Assembly (NCBI RefSeq): GCF_964355755.1
Contig: NC_092670.1
Span: forward strand, 24,662,795 to 24,726,794
Length of the DNA stretch: 64,000 nucleotides
Direction of reading: 5' to 3'
Source of the DNA: Antedon mediterranea
Taxonomy: Eukaryota; Animalia; Echinodermata
The notes below the pieces were generated by a model. It made no database searches, was not told the origin of the DNA, and worked only from the letters and a program-made list of their open reading frames with translations. Shown piece by piece: positions 1 to 12,900 of this stretch; the stretch's first letter is position 1; each line of letters starts with the position of its first letter. The position numbers and the translations under genes are program-made.

Positions 1-299
1 ATGTGAGTGTGCTGCTTCCACATCGTTTATTTGTCCAAGTATATAAAATTTGATTAATTCAAAGGTTTGTGAAATGACGTAATTAGGAAATGAGAACGAA
101 TTAAGTTTGTTAAATTGACAGTTAAACTAGAGTAATAATACTACCATATTAATGCTTTAGGCAGTGAAATAATGACTCAATTAGTTGCTGTCTTTGAGGT
201 ATTATCACACATTTTGTTGCATAGTAAAATCACTAATGATAGGATATAATAGTTAATTATATCTCAACCGTAATAGTAATAGTAAATAACGATTATTTT

Positions 300-879
300 A
301 TTTACCTGACGTTTTGCCAACTATCAGTTGACTTTCTCAAAGTGTAGTGACACGTATGTCACCGTTGACCTCTAGATGACGGGGTCAACACATTGGTCCA
401 CACTTGACTGAGTTTGTAACCGCCCTCGTCTCTATTAAAATTGGGGGTCTTCCTGATCCAGATGGATTCCGTAGCCCAGCATCTTAATCTGACCGATTCC
501 CTGTCAACTACTTTCAAATTATCCCAATCAATGGTGTGATTTGTCTGCGAAGCATGGTCAGTGATTGCTGACTTGTTGATTTCTGTTTGCGATTGTTTGC
601 ATTGCGATCATGTGTACGCTCGTTCCGAGACCAAATCAACGTCCTTTTGATGTTCTTTTAGTCGAGTGCCCAATTTTCGTCCTGTCTCACCGATATATTA
701 TGATCTGTTGCAACCGGCACAGGGGATCTTATATACACAATCTGTGGTACCTTATCTTTTGGATGTACAAGCTGCTTTCGGATGGTGTCCAAAGGTCTCA
801 CTGCGGTGGCAACCCCTGCTTTATTGAAATGTCGTTGCACTACCTCCGTTACTCCTTTTACATACGGAATGACTACCAT
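300..879 (-). mobile_element. Degenerate 3' fragment of a Penelope-like retroelement (RT thumb/linker plus GIY-YIG endonuclease, with decayed hammerhead at its end)
   Basis: Minus strand reads VVIPYVKGVTE...IRKQLVHPKDK, then after a frameshift YIGETGRKLGTRLKEH...SAITDHASQTNHTIDW...ESIWIRKTPNFNRDEGGYKLSQVW with an in-frame stop; these are typical Penelope motifs. Confidence 0.9.
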
Positions 880-3800
880 CTAATGATGACTAATGATAGG
901 CTTGGATCAACGTTAGCTTCAAATTACTTAACATTGTACATAATCGGGTCTAATCTCTCTCTCCCTAAAGAACAACAATTTTTAGAAAAGTTTAGGAATC
1001 TTATTTAGGGTTAGTCCTACTGTAGACTCAATAACCAAAAGTACTGATTTATAATAGTTGTTAACAGAGGAGCACTATAACATAATAATATTAAAAAATA
1101 GCTATAAAAAAAGCTGTCCAAATTGGGGAATTCGCTAACCGCCCAACCATTCCTTCAACCCAACAATTTCTTTATAAGATTTAGTATTTTATATTTGTCT
1201 CAATTATTCTTGTAAAATGGTACGGCAGATGGAGAAAGAACCTACTTCCAGAGTCGGTAAACGTGCGTAGCGTGTCGTTTTATCCATCCGCACATTCAAA
1301 CAACCTTTTGAGAACTGTGGAATTATAGTAAAAAAAGAATATTAAAGTATTCCTTTTTATCCTTAAGAGAATTATCCACTATACTGATAACATTTTAATG
1401 GATTATCAGGATTATGTTTTGATTAAACAACCAATCAAAAATGTAATGGTCTTGGGATCAAATCCCAAAGGCAGTCATGCTTTCTCATTTTTCAAATTAA
1501 AATTGTGAAACATTAATTCTTAAATCTTCAATATGATTGAAGTTTTTTTATTGCCAAGTTTAAACACGATTATTCTGCGTATTTTGTCAAGCCTGACTTA
1601 TTGTTTTTAGTTTCCATGTCTTATAAGATAAAACAGACCAGCCTTGGTAATTTACCAAGAAGGTTATGAGAAATATATCTGTCTGTCTGGGCATCGCCAA
1701 TATTTGTTATGATATTATGAATTAAATTCAGGCAGAAATAATTTGTTTATTTTGTCCATATTCATTGTAATCTAAAATATCTCTTTTCTTCCCCCCTTCT
1801 TATTTTCCCCAAATGTCATACTCAGCAGGCCCCTAGGTATTTAACTTTGTTAGAGATTATTATTCATACATATTATAAAAAAAACACACAATTTTGATTG
1901 ATACTTACTATGAAGTAATAACACAGATCTGTCAATAAAAAAAAATTAGTTAATTTATTATGTAAATTTAGTTCAATGGAAATTATTTGTTGCCAAATTT
2001 GTTGTTTCACAGGTTGTTAATTAAATTATGTACAAGAATAGAATTGTGACGTTTTTATGTTTTGTCACTTGCTGGATTTGAAACAAAGTGTGTATTACAT
2101 ATACTGATTTCACTTAGCGTTATTCAACAAATCAATATTCTGAGAGATCAGCACATATTGATTAGTGCTTTGTACTCTATTCTGACTCATTTAAAATCAT
2201 AAACCGAGCAAATTGAGATTGAAATGTAGTTATGCCCGACAAAATGAGACTGGCAATGTTATGCCTGACTTACATTTCGCCGTCTGCATGCTACTAAGGC
2301 GTCCATCATGTTCAAATCACAGCAGCTGGGTTTTTATGCGAACTTAATTTATATTGAATGAATTTGTTACATTATTGTATGGCTGTTCATCCAGTTTTCC
2401 TGTAATTTTTTATTTGTATGGATTTTTTTCTGAAGAGAGATTATCACATTAAGTATTAGTTGGCTACGACTAAATTTTATGACTTATATCAATGAGATAT
2501 ATTGACCACGTAGAATGGGTAAGATTTTATTTATATTTTAACAATAAAATGACTTATCTGTATTTTAAAATAACCATAGGTAGCGGTAATAAATAATTGA
2601 TGTTAATATTTGTTTTTGTTTAGTGTCAGTCATTTGAGTGGATCTCATAGATCTGTAAAAAAACCACTAACATTTATATAGTAACGTTTCTTTCTGTATG
2701 TTTAATTAATAATTAGTAATCTCTACAATGGGTTACAGTAGCAGTGTTTACATGCTCTTTTTTAAAAGTCATTGCAGTCTAATTAATATTAGCTTGTTCA
2801 AACTATGTTCAAATATTCGATATACCCCTAGTCTTATTTAACATTCTTGAATTTATCAAAGTAAAAGTTACATCAGAGTTAAATATCAGAAGTATATAAA
2901 CTGTGTTGGGATAAACTACACAGATATATTTAAGTAATATACAGTAAATACTGACCATAACAAGCACTTTACTGCAGTAACTTGGATTCGATTCAGATCA
3001 AGAATGCACAACTTTAACTCTAAGTGTGAACACATTTTTTACTCTGTGTGATCACATTTTTAACTCTATGTGTGAACACAGATTTAAGAAGTAGGTCTTA
3101 TCATTTAATCATACACCTAGATTCTTCTTAATACAACGGCATCACCTGTTATACCCTGGTAAACCTAGCAGGACATATCAATGACTCACTCATGTTATTA
3201 AATTATACCACTTTTTCATAATACAATGGAATACGTCGGATAAATCGTACACCCATGTTGGATACTTGATGGGTTTTTATTTGCACCGTTCGTTTGATAT
3301 CAAAGGCTATACTGTAATTATTTTTGGCATGGAGAGCGCTGTGGTAACATATTACTAAACAGTCATATCACTGTTAGTTAATATAGAAGGCGGTCATGTC
3401 TGTAAATTAACTATACACAAACTAGTACTCAACACACTAATCACCACCTATGGTTTGCCATATCTTTGGAATTTGTACATCTTATTATATACCAATGTAA
3501 TTATAGTTAGAAATATTAAGTATTAGTAATAACTTTTATCTGAATTTTAAAAGTTTAAATTAGTTTTTTAGCTGTTTTGAGTGTGGTAGTACGTTGGGCT
3601 TGATTACATTTTCGCACCGTAATCACCTCGGTAATTATTTCCACACACCTGAGGCATGAAGAAATTCCATCTTCAATATCTACCAGCTCAGAAATTATCC
3701 ATGTCATTCAACCAATAAGATAAACAATCATATATTCAAGGAAAATAATGAGCACAATAGTTTAAAAGATCATACAATATGTTTGAGATTTGCTTGGATA

Positions 3801-3918
3801 ACTCTTAATCGTGGAATGAGTATCATCACAATCGTAATCTATGTCTTGTGAGTCTCGTAAATATCAACCATTTGTAGCAATTTCAGCACCTTGTAGAAAG
3901 AAAGTATAACTGTCGACC

Positions 3919-3941
3919 ATGGGGAATAAGTCTACAAAACG
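3919..3941 (+). CDS. ANKFN1: ANKFN1 candidate first coding exon A (MGNKSTK-R, N-myristoylation motif)
   Basis: accATGg Kozak context; cg|GTGAGT donor in phase 2, matching the acceptor at 5867 (and 25465). Confidence 0.6.
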
Positions 3942-6900
3942 GTGAGTAAATAAGCAATCATTGAATAGGTTAAATTTAAAAAATTGCAGAATATTATTTT
4001 CTTATCGTAGCCAGTTTATTTATTTGTCTGAAAGTGATATGTACCCCGTGTGGTATAGAACAACTATAAACTTTAATTAAATTTGTTATATCTTCAATGT
4101 ATTTTTTGGAACTACAAACATGTTGGAAAAAATTAGCATCCATCTCAGTAGTAGAATTTACTGGTCTCAGTAGTTGATAAAAAAAGTAGGCTACTTAATA
4201 GGCATATTAGAATAAACGTAGAAAAATAGAACTGAGGCTCTGAAACACCCCTTTTAGGGGGACACTTTACTGTGCAACAAATGAGAAGAAATATATGTTT
4301 TAAAACTACAACATTCATTGAACACACTTATTAAAGAAGACACTTGGATCCCAGGGCTGTCCTTTTAACAAGGATTATATGACGAGATTTCTAAGACGAG
4401 TATTTGATTCTTCGGACAACTAAGAAAATTTGTTTCTTTTTGTTTATTTTTTGTTTCAAAACCAGTCGAGTACACAAGATTTATATTATTTGAGGAAAAT
4501 TCCAGCTGCGAGCATTCCACTGTTGTTCCCAATGTATCCTTACTGAAGCAGAAAAGAAGTCCTTTATTTTAAAGCCGTTACCCTGTAATTTTAAAGTAAT
4601 GCCGCGTTATTAAGAGGATTTAAAATCTCTTTGAATGCCCACTGTTATTTAGTAAACATTGTTGTAGCATTTGGAACAGTCGTGTTTGATTTTATCTTGG
4701 ATAGGCGTACTTATCTCTTTTTGATGTTTAGATATAATGTTTAATAAACGTAGGTACATTTTTTTTTGTATGTATTGTTTGTAGCCTGAGATTCACATAT
4801 TTTACACCTAGTAGAAGTTAAATAATTTAGGTTGAGGTACTTGATTTTAATAAGTAAACTGCTATTATAAACATTTTACACAGTATAACAAATTAGAAAT
4901 ATCACATATATTCCCAAAGCATACAGTACGTTGTCATTATGAAGTGACGCCTCATTGAGATAAGTAGAATTTTAGAAGAAAACAAAGCTAATGATGCTTG
5001 AGTAATAATTTTATGCCATCGTACTTTCGTTTCTACTGTTATGTTGATATTTATTTAATGTGATGGTACTATCTGTATCGCAATGGTGGATTTATACATA
5101 CATAAACAAATAAATAAGAATGTAATGAAAATTACAAAGCTAAAATAATCTGAAAATTTGAAAAATTACAAAAGTATAATAATTATTAAAGCATTGTTTA
5201 TATACAGTACTAAGTTACAGTACATTATTTAAATAAGCATTGTTTATATACAGTACTAAGTTACATTACATTATTTAAATAAGCATCGTTTATATACAGT
5301 ACTAAGTTACAGTACATTATTTAAATAAACATGGTTTATATATTTTGAACATTAAAGCAAACAAATAATTAAAAATGTTGTTGAAGGTTCATAAAGTTTT
5401 TTGTTATATATCAATTTTGTTTAGATTGAAAGATTTTCAAACATTTATTATACAATTCCAATTTTTTTTAATATGTTTTTAGAAAATATCATTTATGCTA
5501 ATAATTATTTCAATAAAATTTAACTCTTCCTGTTTGTACCAGTATTTCCTATTTAATATGATTTAATATTTATATTTTATTTTAATATTGTACTATTAAA
5601 TAGCATCCATTTAAAAAAATTATTTTAATATTACCAGTAATTCTTAGATTGATTTATTGTGTGTGGTTTCAGTTTTCACATATTTTTTATTTGTTTAATA
5701 ATATTTTTCGTTTTTACTCTCTTTTTTCATAAAGAATATTCTAATTCCAATCTTGATTGCCAACACACAAGCAGTCCCAATTTTACCTAAACTTGACCCA
5801 GATACTCTCAACTCGACAATTTTCATTTTTTTTTAAATTTTAAAATTAATTTTTGATAATTTTCAGAATGGAAGGAGCTGAGCTGTATAGCTTTGAAGAT
5901 TTTGAAAGTCGTCTGCCGCTAGAAGATGCCTTAACTGATACCAGGTATGTCACCACCAGTAGCAGCTATCGATTTCCAGTCAGTGGCAATGTACATGGTG
6001 CTTACGTTGGTGTTAACAAAAATGCTCAGTGGGAAGATAAACCTTCAAATGGAAACCATACGATACAATACACACCACGTATAAGAGAACCGAACACGCA
6101 AAAAACGAGTATACCGTATGCGCAACGTCGGAACCCTAGGTCACAAGGATTGTACAATAGTACAGGACAAGTACATATACAAAAACAGGATTTTCCAGAA
6201 AGTGCATTAGATTTAAAACAACAGAGTGTATCATTACATTCTTTAACACAGCCGTTCAATGGTTTATCTAAAAATACAACTTTAAGCCAATCAAGTGAGC
6301 TAGAAGGCCAAAACAACGATCACAATGATAATCCAATCGAAGATTCACTGTTCGTTGATAAGCTCAGTGTGAGGGTACGACCGAGTGACCTGTTAAATTT
6401 CCGGTGTAGGCAAAACAGGCCTCAGACCTCATATGAAGGCAAAACAGGCTTCACTAGGAGCCTGGGTAACCTTGATAATACAGCTAAGCAACACCACACA
6501 CCAGCAGAGTTACTACATTCCAACATGAGGAGTCAAGTGAAACCGAGAGCGGTCAGCACATCGAATCTGACCCCCACTCAGCGGCTTAATGAATTGATAA
6601 ATTCAAACCAAACTGACTCAAATATTACCTTGGAAGCCAACATGGATAAACAATCTTTGCAAGACGATAATATGGATGATGTTAATCTATTATTGGATAT
6701 GTTAACAAACAAGCCAGTATCGAGGGCCAGAGGAAATAGCCTCAATCCAGAGATTTTAAAAATGTGGGAGCGTAAGACGGCCCCAAAATCGGAAGAAGAT
6801 ACCACAATCACCATCAAACCTCGAACAAGGCCTTCGATTAAATCTGGAGATATACCTAAGCAAGTAAAACTGAATTATTTTCCAGTTGGAACAAACCCAA

Positions 6901-9900
6901 GAGAAAAATTATCTAAGGCGTCTTTAACTTCATCTCAGTCTAACATTGAGTAAGTATATATTTGTTTAGAATTTTAGCCTGAAATAATAAATAAAGAAAG
7001 TTTAAAGTAACTAAAAATCAAATTAAATGCATTTATTTTTAGATATAATTTTCTAATTAAATTTCATGTGTCGAGACAGAAGACCCTCGAGACCGTCTTC
7101 TCAAAGTGAGATCTCTTTATAAAGAGACATCAATGATTATTAATTAAATTAAACGAGCAAAGTGTGTTTGCAGCTGTAGCGTTTTCCAAACTGCAGAATT
7201 ACTACTGTATAGTGATTGAATTATTCCATGGTAATATTGCAATAAAGGTTTTAACATCTCTCTTATACTTAAGCGTACTGACGTTAAACCTCCCCGCCTC
7301 CTTCAACCTTGCCCTGCAGTATAATAATTGTATTCTTCTTCCTGCTACCCTGTGAGATTAATTATTAGGACCAATTATTTTGATAGTTTCATTCATTATT
7401 TTATACTTACAGTACTATCTACTTTATTTCCTTTTCCATTTGCTGAAAATTTGGAATTTAGAAAATTTTTGTGTATGTAGATTTCTGAAATTATTTTGTA
7501 GCAGAGTTGCAGGCATAAATTGTCATCAGGTGTTTTGGTGCATTGCAATGCAACTCTTAGCCTATTTTTGTGGCAATAAAATAAATGAAATAATTCTTTT
7601 CACGCTGCTGCTCTAGCCCGCTACGTTACACGAGATGACTCATTCATTAGATGAAATCAAGCAGCTTTATAGTACTACACTTTGACATTTTTGTTAAAAT
7701 GGAAACTCCACTATAATTTATTGGTACCACCTGTTGAATCCAAAAACGGCTGAGAAAAGAGTCTAAAGACAAATCCCAAAGCATTCTGGTATTTATGAGT
7801 CCCATGATATAATTCGCTGTCAGATAATCATTGAATTATTATCAAAACAGTCCATTGAAGTTTTTGTTTGTAATAGGATACTTGAAGTATCTAGGCGTGA
7901 TGAAGTGACCCCCAGACTTGACCTTAGCAATAACAATAAGCGAGCAGCGTTTTTTGTAAGAAATATTCTTGTTTATTGTTAGGTTTAATATTTAGGCCCC
8001 TACATTAATTTGCAATACCAGTTTTTGGGATTACTTTCTACTATTCTACAGCAGAATTTCTCTTCTATATTTCTTAGATTATTATATTTCATAAATAATT
8101 AAAACTGATTTGTTGTTTTTCATTGATAATTTAATAACAAGTTTTATAGTGAGTTTATTTTTTTTTCCACAAATTTGCATACCAAACATGTTATCATCAT
8201 GTTTTTACTCAGCAGGGGGAACATATATGAGCACAAGCCAAGTATCGTGTTACAGTACACTATGCTGAATCTTGTAAAAAGGTTGTTGAGGTTAAAGGTC
8301 ATAAGGTTATAGCTACATAAAATGTGTACCTTAACCACTGAGAGTAAGACCAACTTGTTAATAAAAACATGTCATTCTGCTTTTAAACATAGGACGTGTA
8401 TGACGTCAAAGTATCATCTTTTGTTAAAATGTCAAACTTGAGAATTTGATGAGAAAATATTGTAAAGTCGCAGTACTTTTTGGCATGTGTTACGTTGATA
8501 TGATGATTTAGCACTAAATGTTTGATGGGTTGATTTTGGTACACAAGTGTTTGTACTTACTAAGAAAATTTGGTCAAATTACTAACACATGTTAATACTG
8601 TAAATATTAGGAAATACATACTGTAGGCCTACAATACAAACTACGCAAAATTATGATTTGACCCATTGATTATAGAAAACGCCAGTAAAACTAAAAACAC
8701 AATAATTTTGAAAATTTAATCAATGCTACAACTGAAATAAGCCCTTTCTCCTAGTTTTTCATGATTAGCGTCAAAACAACATGGTAGCCTTTTGTTTTCA
8801 TAAAGCACCAAATGACTATTCAACTGTCGAGTCAAAAAGTCATTTCTGTGCACAATCATGCTGTTTTACATGTTGTATTATTATGCAACTAAAAAATTAC
8901 TACTGAAATTATGTATTTACTACGGATATTTGTTATCAAGATTACTGAAATTAATTTTAGCAATTTGAGAACTCTGGATCTGCTGTTTCACAAAGTTCAT
9001 GCACTCTGATGCCAATGTCGTCATCATTTTGGGGGTTGTGTTCGCACATCCCACAACTGGCCTACAATTGCACTGAATTTTTCTGTTCTTACTAGGTTAC
9101 AATGAGACATAAAATTTCTATTAATAGCGAGTGATGGTACAGTAAGCCTATAAACATTCTGTAAACATTAGATGACGTGAATTGAATCATTATTTTTAGA
9201 AGTTGTTTGTCCCAGTTAGTAATTTTACAAAACACTCTACTACAGTATATACGTCATCCATTGCAGATTTAATTATCTCAGTTTTGGAAGAGCAATAGGC
9301 AATCAATTGGTTCTATAATTAGTACCAACTATCTGTATTGATTGAAAATTAGTATGTTCTAATTAGTTTTGTTTTTCCAAATTAACTACCGGTATGTGGA
9401 TTTAATATTGTGCAATGTCTCGGACTAAAATTGGAAAGAAATCTTTTATTACGATAACACTATTTGATACAATCTAGTCTAAGTCCATCAAAAGTTCACA
9501 CAGATAATTTAAGATAATTCGTTAAATAGAAATTAAGACTGTTGGTAACTGGCTAGATACTGTTGGAAACTGGTTAGATACTGTTGGAAACTGGTTAGAT
9601 TCTGTTGGAAACTGGTTAGATTCTGTTGAAAACTGGTTAGATACTGTTAAAAACTAGTTAGTACTGTTGAAAACTGGTTAAATACTGTTGGTAACTGGTT
9701 AGATACTGTTGGTAAGGTTAGATACTGTTGGAAACTGTTATAAACTGGTTTACTGCTGGAAACTGTTTAGTTAGATACTGTTACAAACTGGTTAGATACT
9801 GTTGGAAACTGGTTAGAAGTTAGAATCATTTGAAAACTTGTTAGAATTGTAGGAAACTATTTATAAATAAACTATAAGTAACTGGTTAGCCTGTTGAAAA

Positions 9901-12900
9901 CTAGTTCGACTGTTCAAAACCAGTATAGACTGTTAGAAACTATCCTATTAGAAACTAGTTAAAAACTGTTGGATATATTAGAATGTTAGAACTAGTTAGA
10001 TACTGTTAGAAACTGGTTAGAACTGTTAGATACTGTTAGAAACTGGTTAGCCTGTTAGATACTGTTGAAAACTAGTTCGACTGTTCAAAACCAGTATAGA
10101 CTGTTAGAAACTATCCTATTAGAAACTATTTAAAAACTGTTGGATATATTAGAATGTTAGAACTAGTTAGATACTGTTAGATACTGTTAGAAACTGGTTA
10201 GAACTGTTAGATAAAATTCAAATTGCACACTTCAATCAATCCGTTTCTTTTATGATGATAAATGTTATTGAAATTTATTTGTAAAGAAACGTGTGATTTT
10301 CCCATGGTGTGTAGAGAAGGCACTCTACTCCTGAATTACTTGCTTCATTTAGCATCAAAGAGCCCCATATTACATATGCTGAGAAGCTTGCATTTTAACA
10401 GAAATCAACGGCCAATTTAACATCTTGAAAAGAAGCCTTTGTGTTGAAACTAAACACAAAATTTGTGTAGTATATCTTTTAACACTTAAGACATCCTACG
10501 TTGTTGACTATTGATTGAGATAGTAAGGGTATACTACTTGTCTATTCTCAGTGCTAACATTGTTTTCCAAAGTGGTTTGCAGTATAGAATACCAACAATT
10601 ATCATTAGGTAAAATTATTTGACAATTGAAGATGTTATCCTCCTGAAAAAAATTAATTTTAAATAAAAGTTTCTTGAATTTGCCATTTGAATGTCACACA
10701 ATCTTTGTTTTTTATACAGCAAAAGTATTTTGTTAATTTTGTTCATCTTTTGGGGACAATAAAATATTAAAATCCTTATGAGAACTAGTATAGTATTAAC
10801 TATTATATTAAAGTTGATTAAAGTAAATAAAGATTTTTTAAAAACTCCTAAGATATACTAGAAGTCTATAAACTATTTTAAAATGTATGAACTGGCCTGA
10901 ATTTTCTGAAAATGTTATCACCATAACAACAGTATTGCACCCTACCAGCCAATTAAGGTAAAGCACTGGTTGCCGTGGAAATAGCAGCTTTAATGACCTA
11001 TCATCAACCTATAGCCAATTAGCTTATTTAATTAGTAAGGTTGCTGCTGCTGTGTTCTGTGGTTTTAGCAGAAATCTACACAGCCCTAGGGGGTAAATCT
11101 AGAAGGTACACAGATTTGGGTTAATTGGTACAATGCTGTCTTCATTTGTTTTGTCTAACCAGAGTCTGTACTGTAGGATTGAAGAACTTTTAACACACTT
11201 TTTAGAGGTTCTCCTAAAGTTAGTTTTACCACGGAGTTGTACAATATTTTATAACTCCCTGGTTTTACCAGCAAGATTTACCAGTATAAATGGCTTACAG
11301 AAAAAAAATTGAAAATATAGTTCAGAAAATAAAGACATTTAATAGTAATTGGTTTCTATATTTTGTCAATTGGATCAATATTATACAATGATATTTGACA
11401 TTTTTATATCGGGTGTATCTTAAAATATGCAAAGATTCAGTACCTTGCTTAATTGCCTGGAATTAATTTGCATCTCAATTGTATTCAAATGATACGTTTC
11501 CTTTTCAATTTACTTTTGATGACTTAATCCAATTTACATTAAACATTGTACACCATATAACATATTTTTTTATTACAAAATTATGACATCCTGGACATCA
11601 TCACTCTATCATGAAACCATAGAGTCCAACATTTTGCTAGATTGTAGTCTTCTGAGCATGCTCATAGACATTGTCTAGTACTGTATCATAATTAAACAAT
11701 AAACCTATATTACCTAATAGTACAGTCAAAGCCTATTAATTTGATTCATTAAAAAAATATAGTATACAGTAATTGGAAAGATGAGATTACATTTTAAATT
11801 GCTTAAAATATCTAATAATCCAAATTTGTTTAAAGATCTAACAATAAATCATGTTTTTGTGTATGTATGTTTTATTTTTTTTAGGTAACAGAATAACACA
11901 ATACTTGCAATTCCTTTTAACATAAAATGAACTACAAAAGGAAAACTATGACAAAAACATTTAATATGCTTTAATATTTCCTACAATTCAAAGGTTCACT
12001 TAAAAACATCTGGTTCAACATAGTTTTGATGAACTCATAACGTTAATAAATTGTTAGCAATAAAATTGATACTGACAAGAAATGTTTTATATTATATAAA
12101 ATACTACATAGTCAATGCCCTCGGGAACTCATATTAATTTACTTTTTATTTTCCACCTCAATGAGTTTCAAAAGGAATACTGGTACAGTACTGTATATAT
12201 TTTGTTATTATCACCTGTCATTAGCTAGAGTATAGAGGGCTCACTTCATAACCGTAAACTCACTTCTTTGTGATTTTTATTCTGACACTTTTAAAAGGCC
12301 GTAGCAAGAGGTTAAAAACAGACTAGGCAAAGATGCTTTAAAATTATAATGATCTCTGCTGGCGAATTGGTTGGGTAGTGAAAATGTCAAAGAGGCGAGC
12401 CCCTCGTCTGCCTACCTGCTGGCTACGGCCCTACATACAATCTTTGTAGAATGTATTGAATTTGTATTAGTTAAAATGGACCTGAAATGGATTTTCGATA
12501 TTTTTCATTTTAGAATGATGTTTTGGGGGCTAGTGTTGCTAGAATGTATATTGTTACAAAATATAAATTGGCCATTTTGGGGAAAGCCCCATTTGAAAAT
12601 CAAAAAAAATTCGCGGGTGACGTCACTTTGCGAATATATTCCTATCCCTCCAATGGACAATTTGCAGTTTTTTGGCTATAACTCTTGAAATCTATGGAGT
12701 ATTTTCTAAAAAATGCTTGTGCATTTGCAGAAACGTATTTAGAATTTTTTTAGATAAAATTATTACCGTATAAACGGTTATTCATCGAGTAAATGACGAT
12801 TTAAAATCTTAAAATCAACGGTTTTTTTCTGGCAATACCGAAGTTGGCCTGGCAACGTTGTCCGGGATACAGCTCCGTGCGCAATGATGCGTATCCATAT

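Noticed and set aside
1-8. at|GTGAGT possible donor of a further upstream exon
   Set aside because: The exon would lie outside the window and cannot be evaluated.
610-1008. 132-aa + strand ORF
   Set aside because: It is the antisense shadow of the Penelope coding remnant.
2492-2518. ATG...tgg|GTAAGA mini-exon (MRYIDHVEW)
   Set aside because: Phase 0 does not fit the phase-2 acceptor at 5867; at best a non-coding exon.
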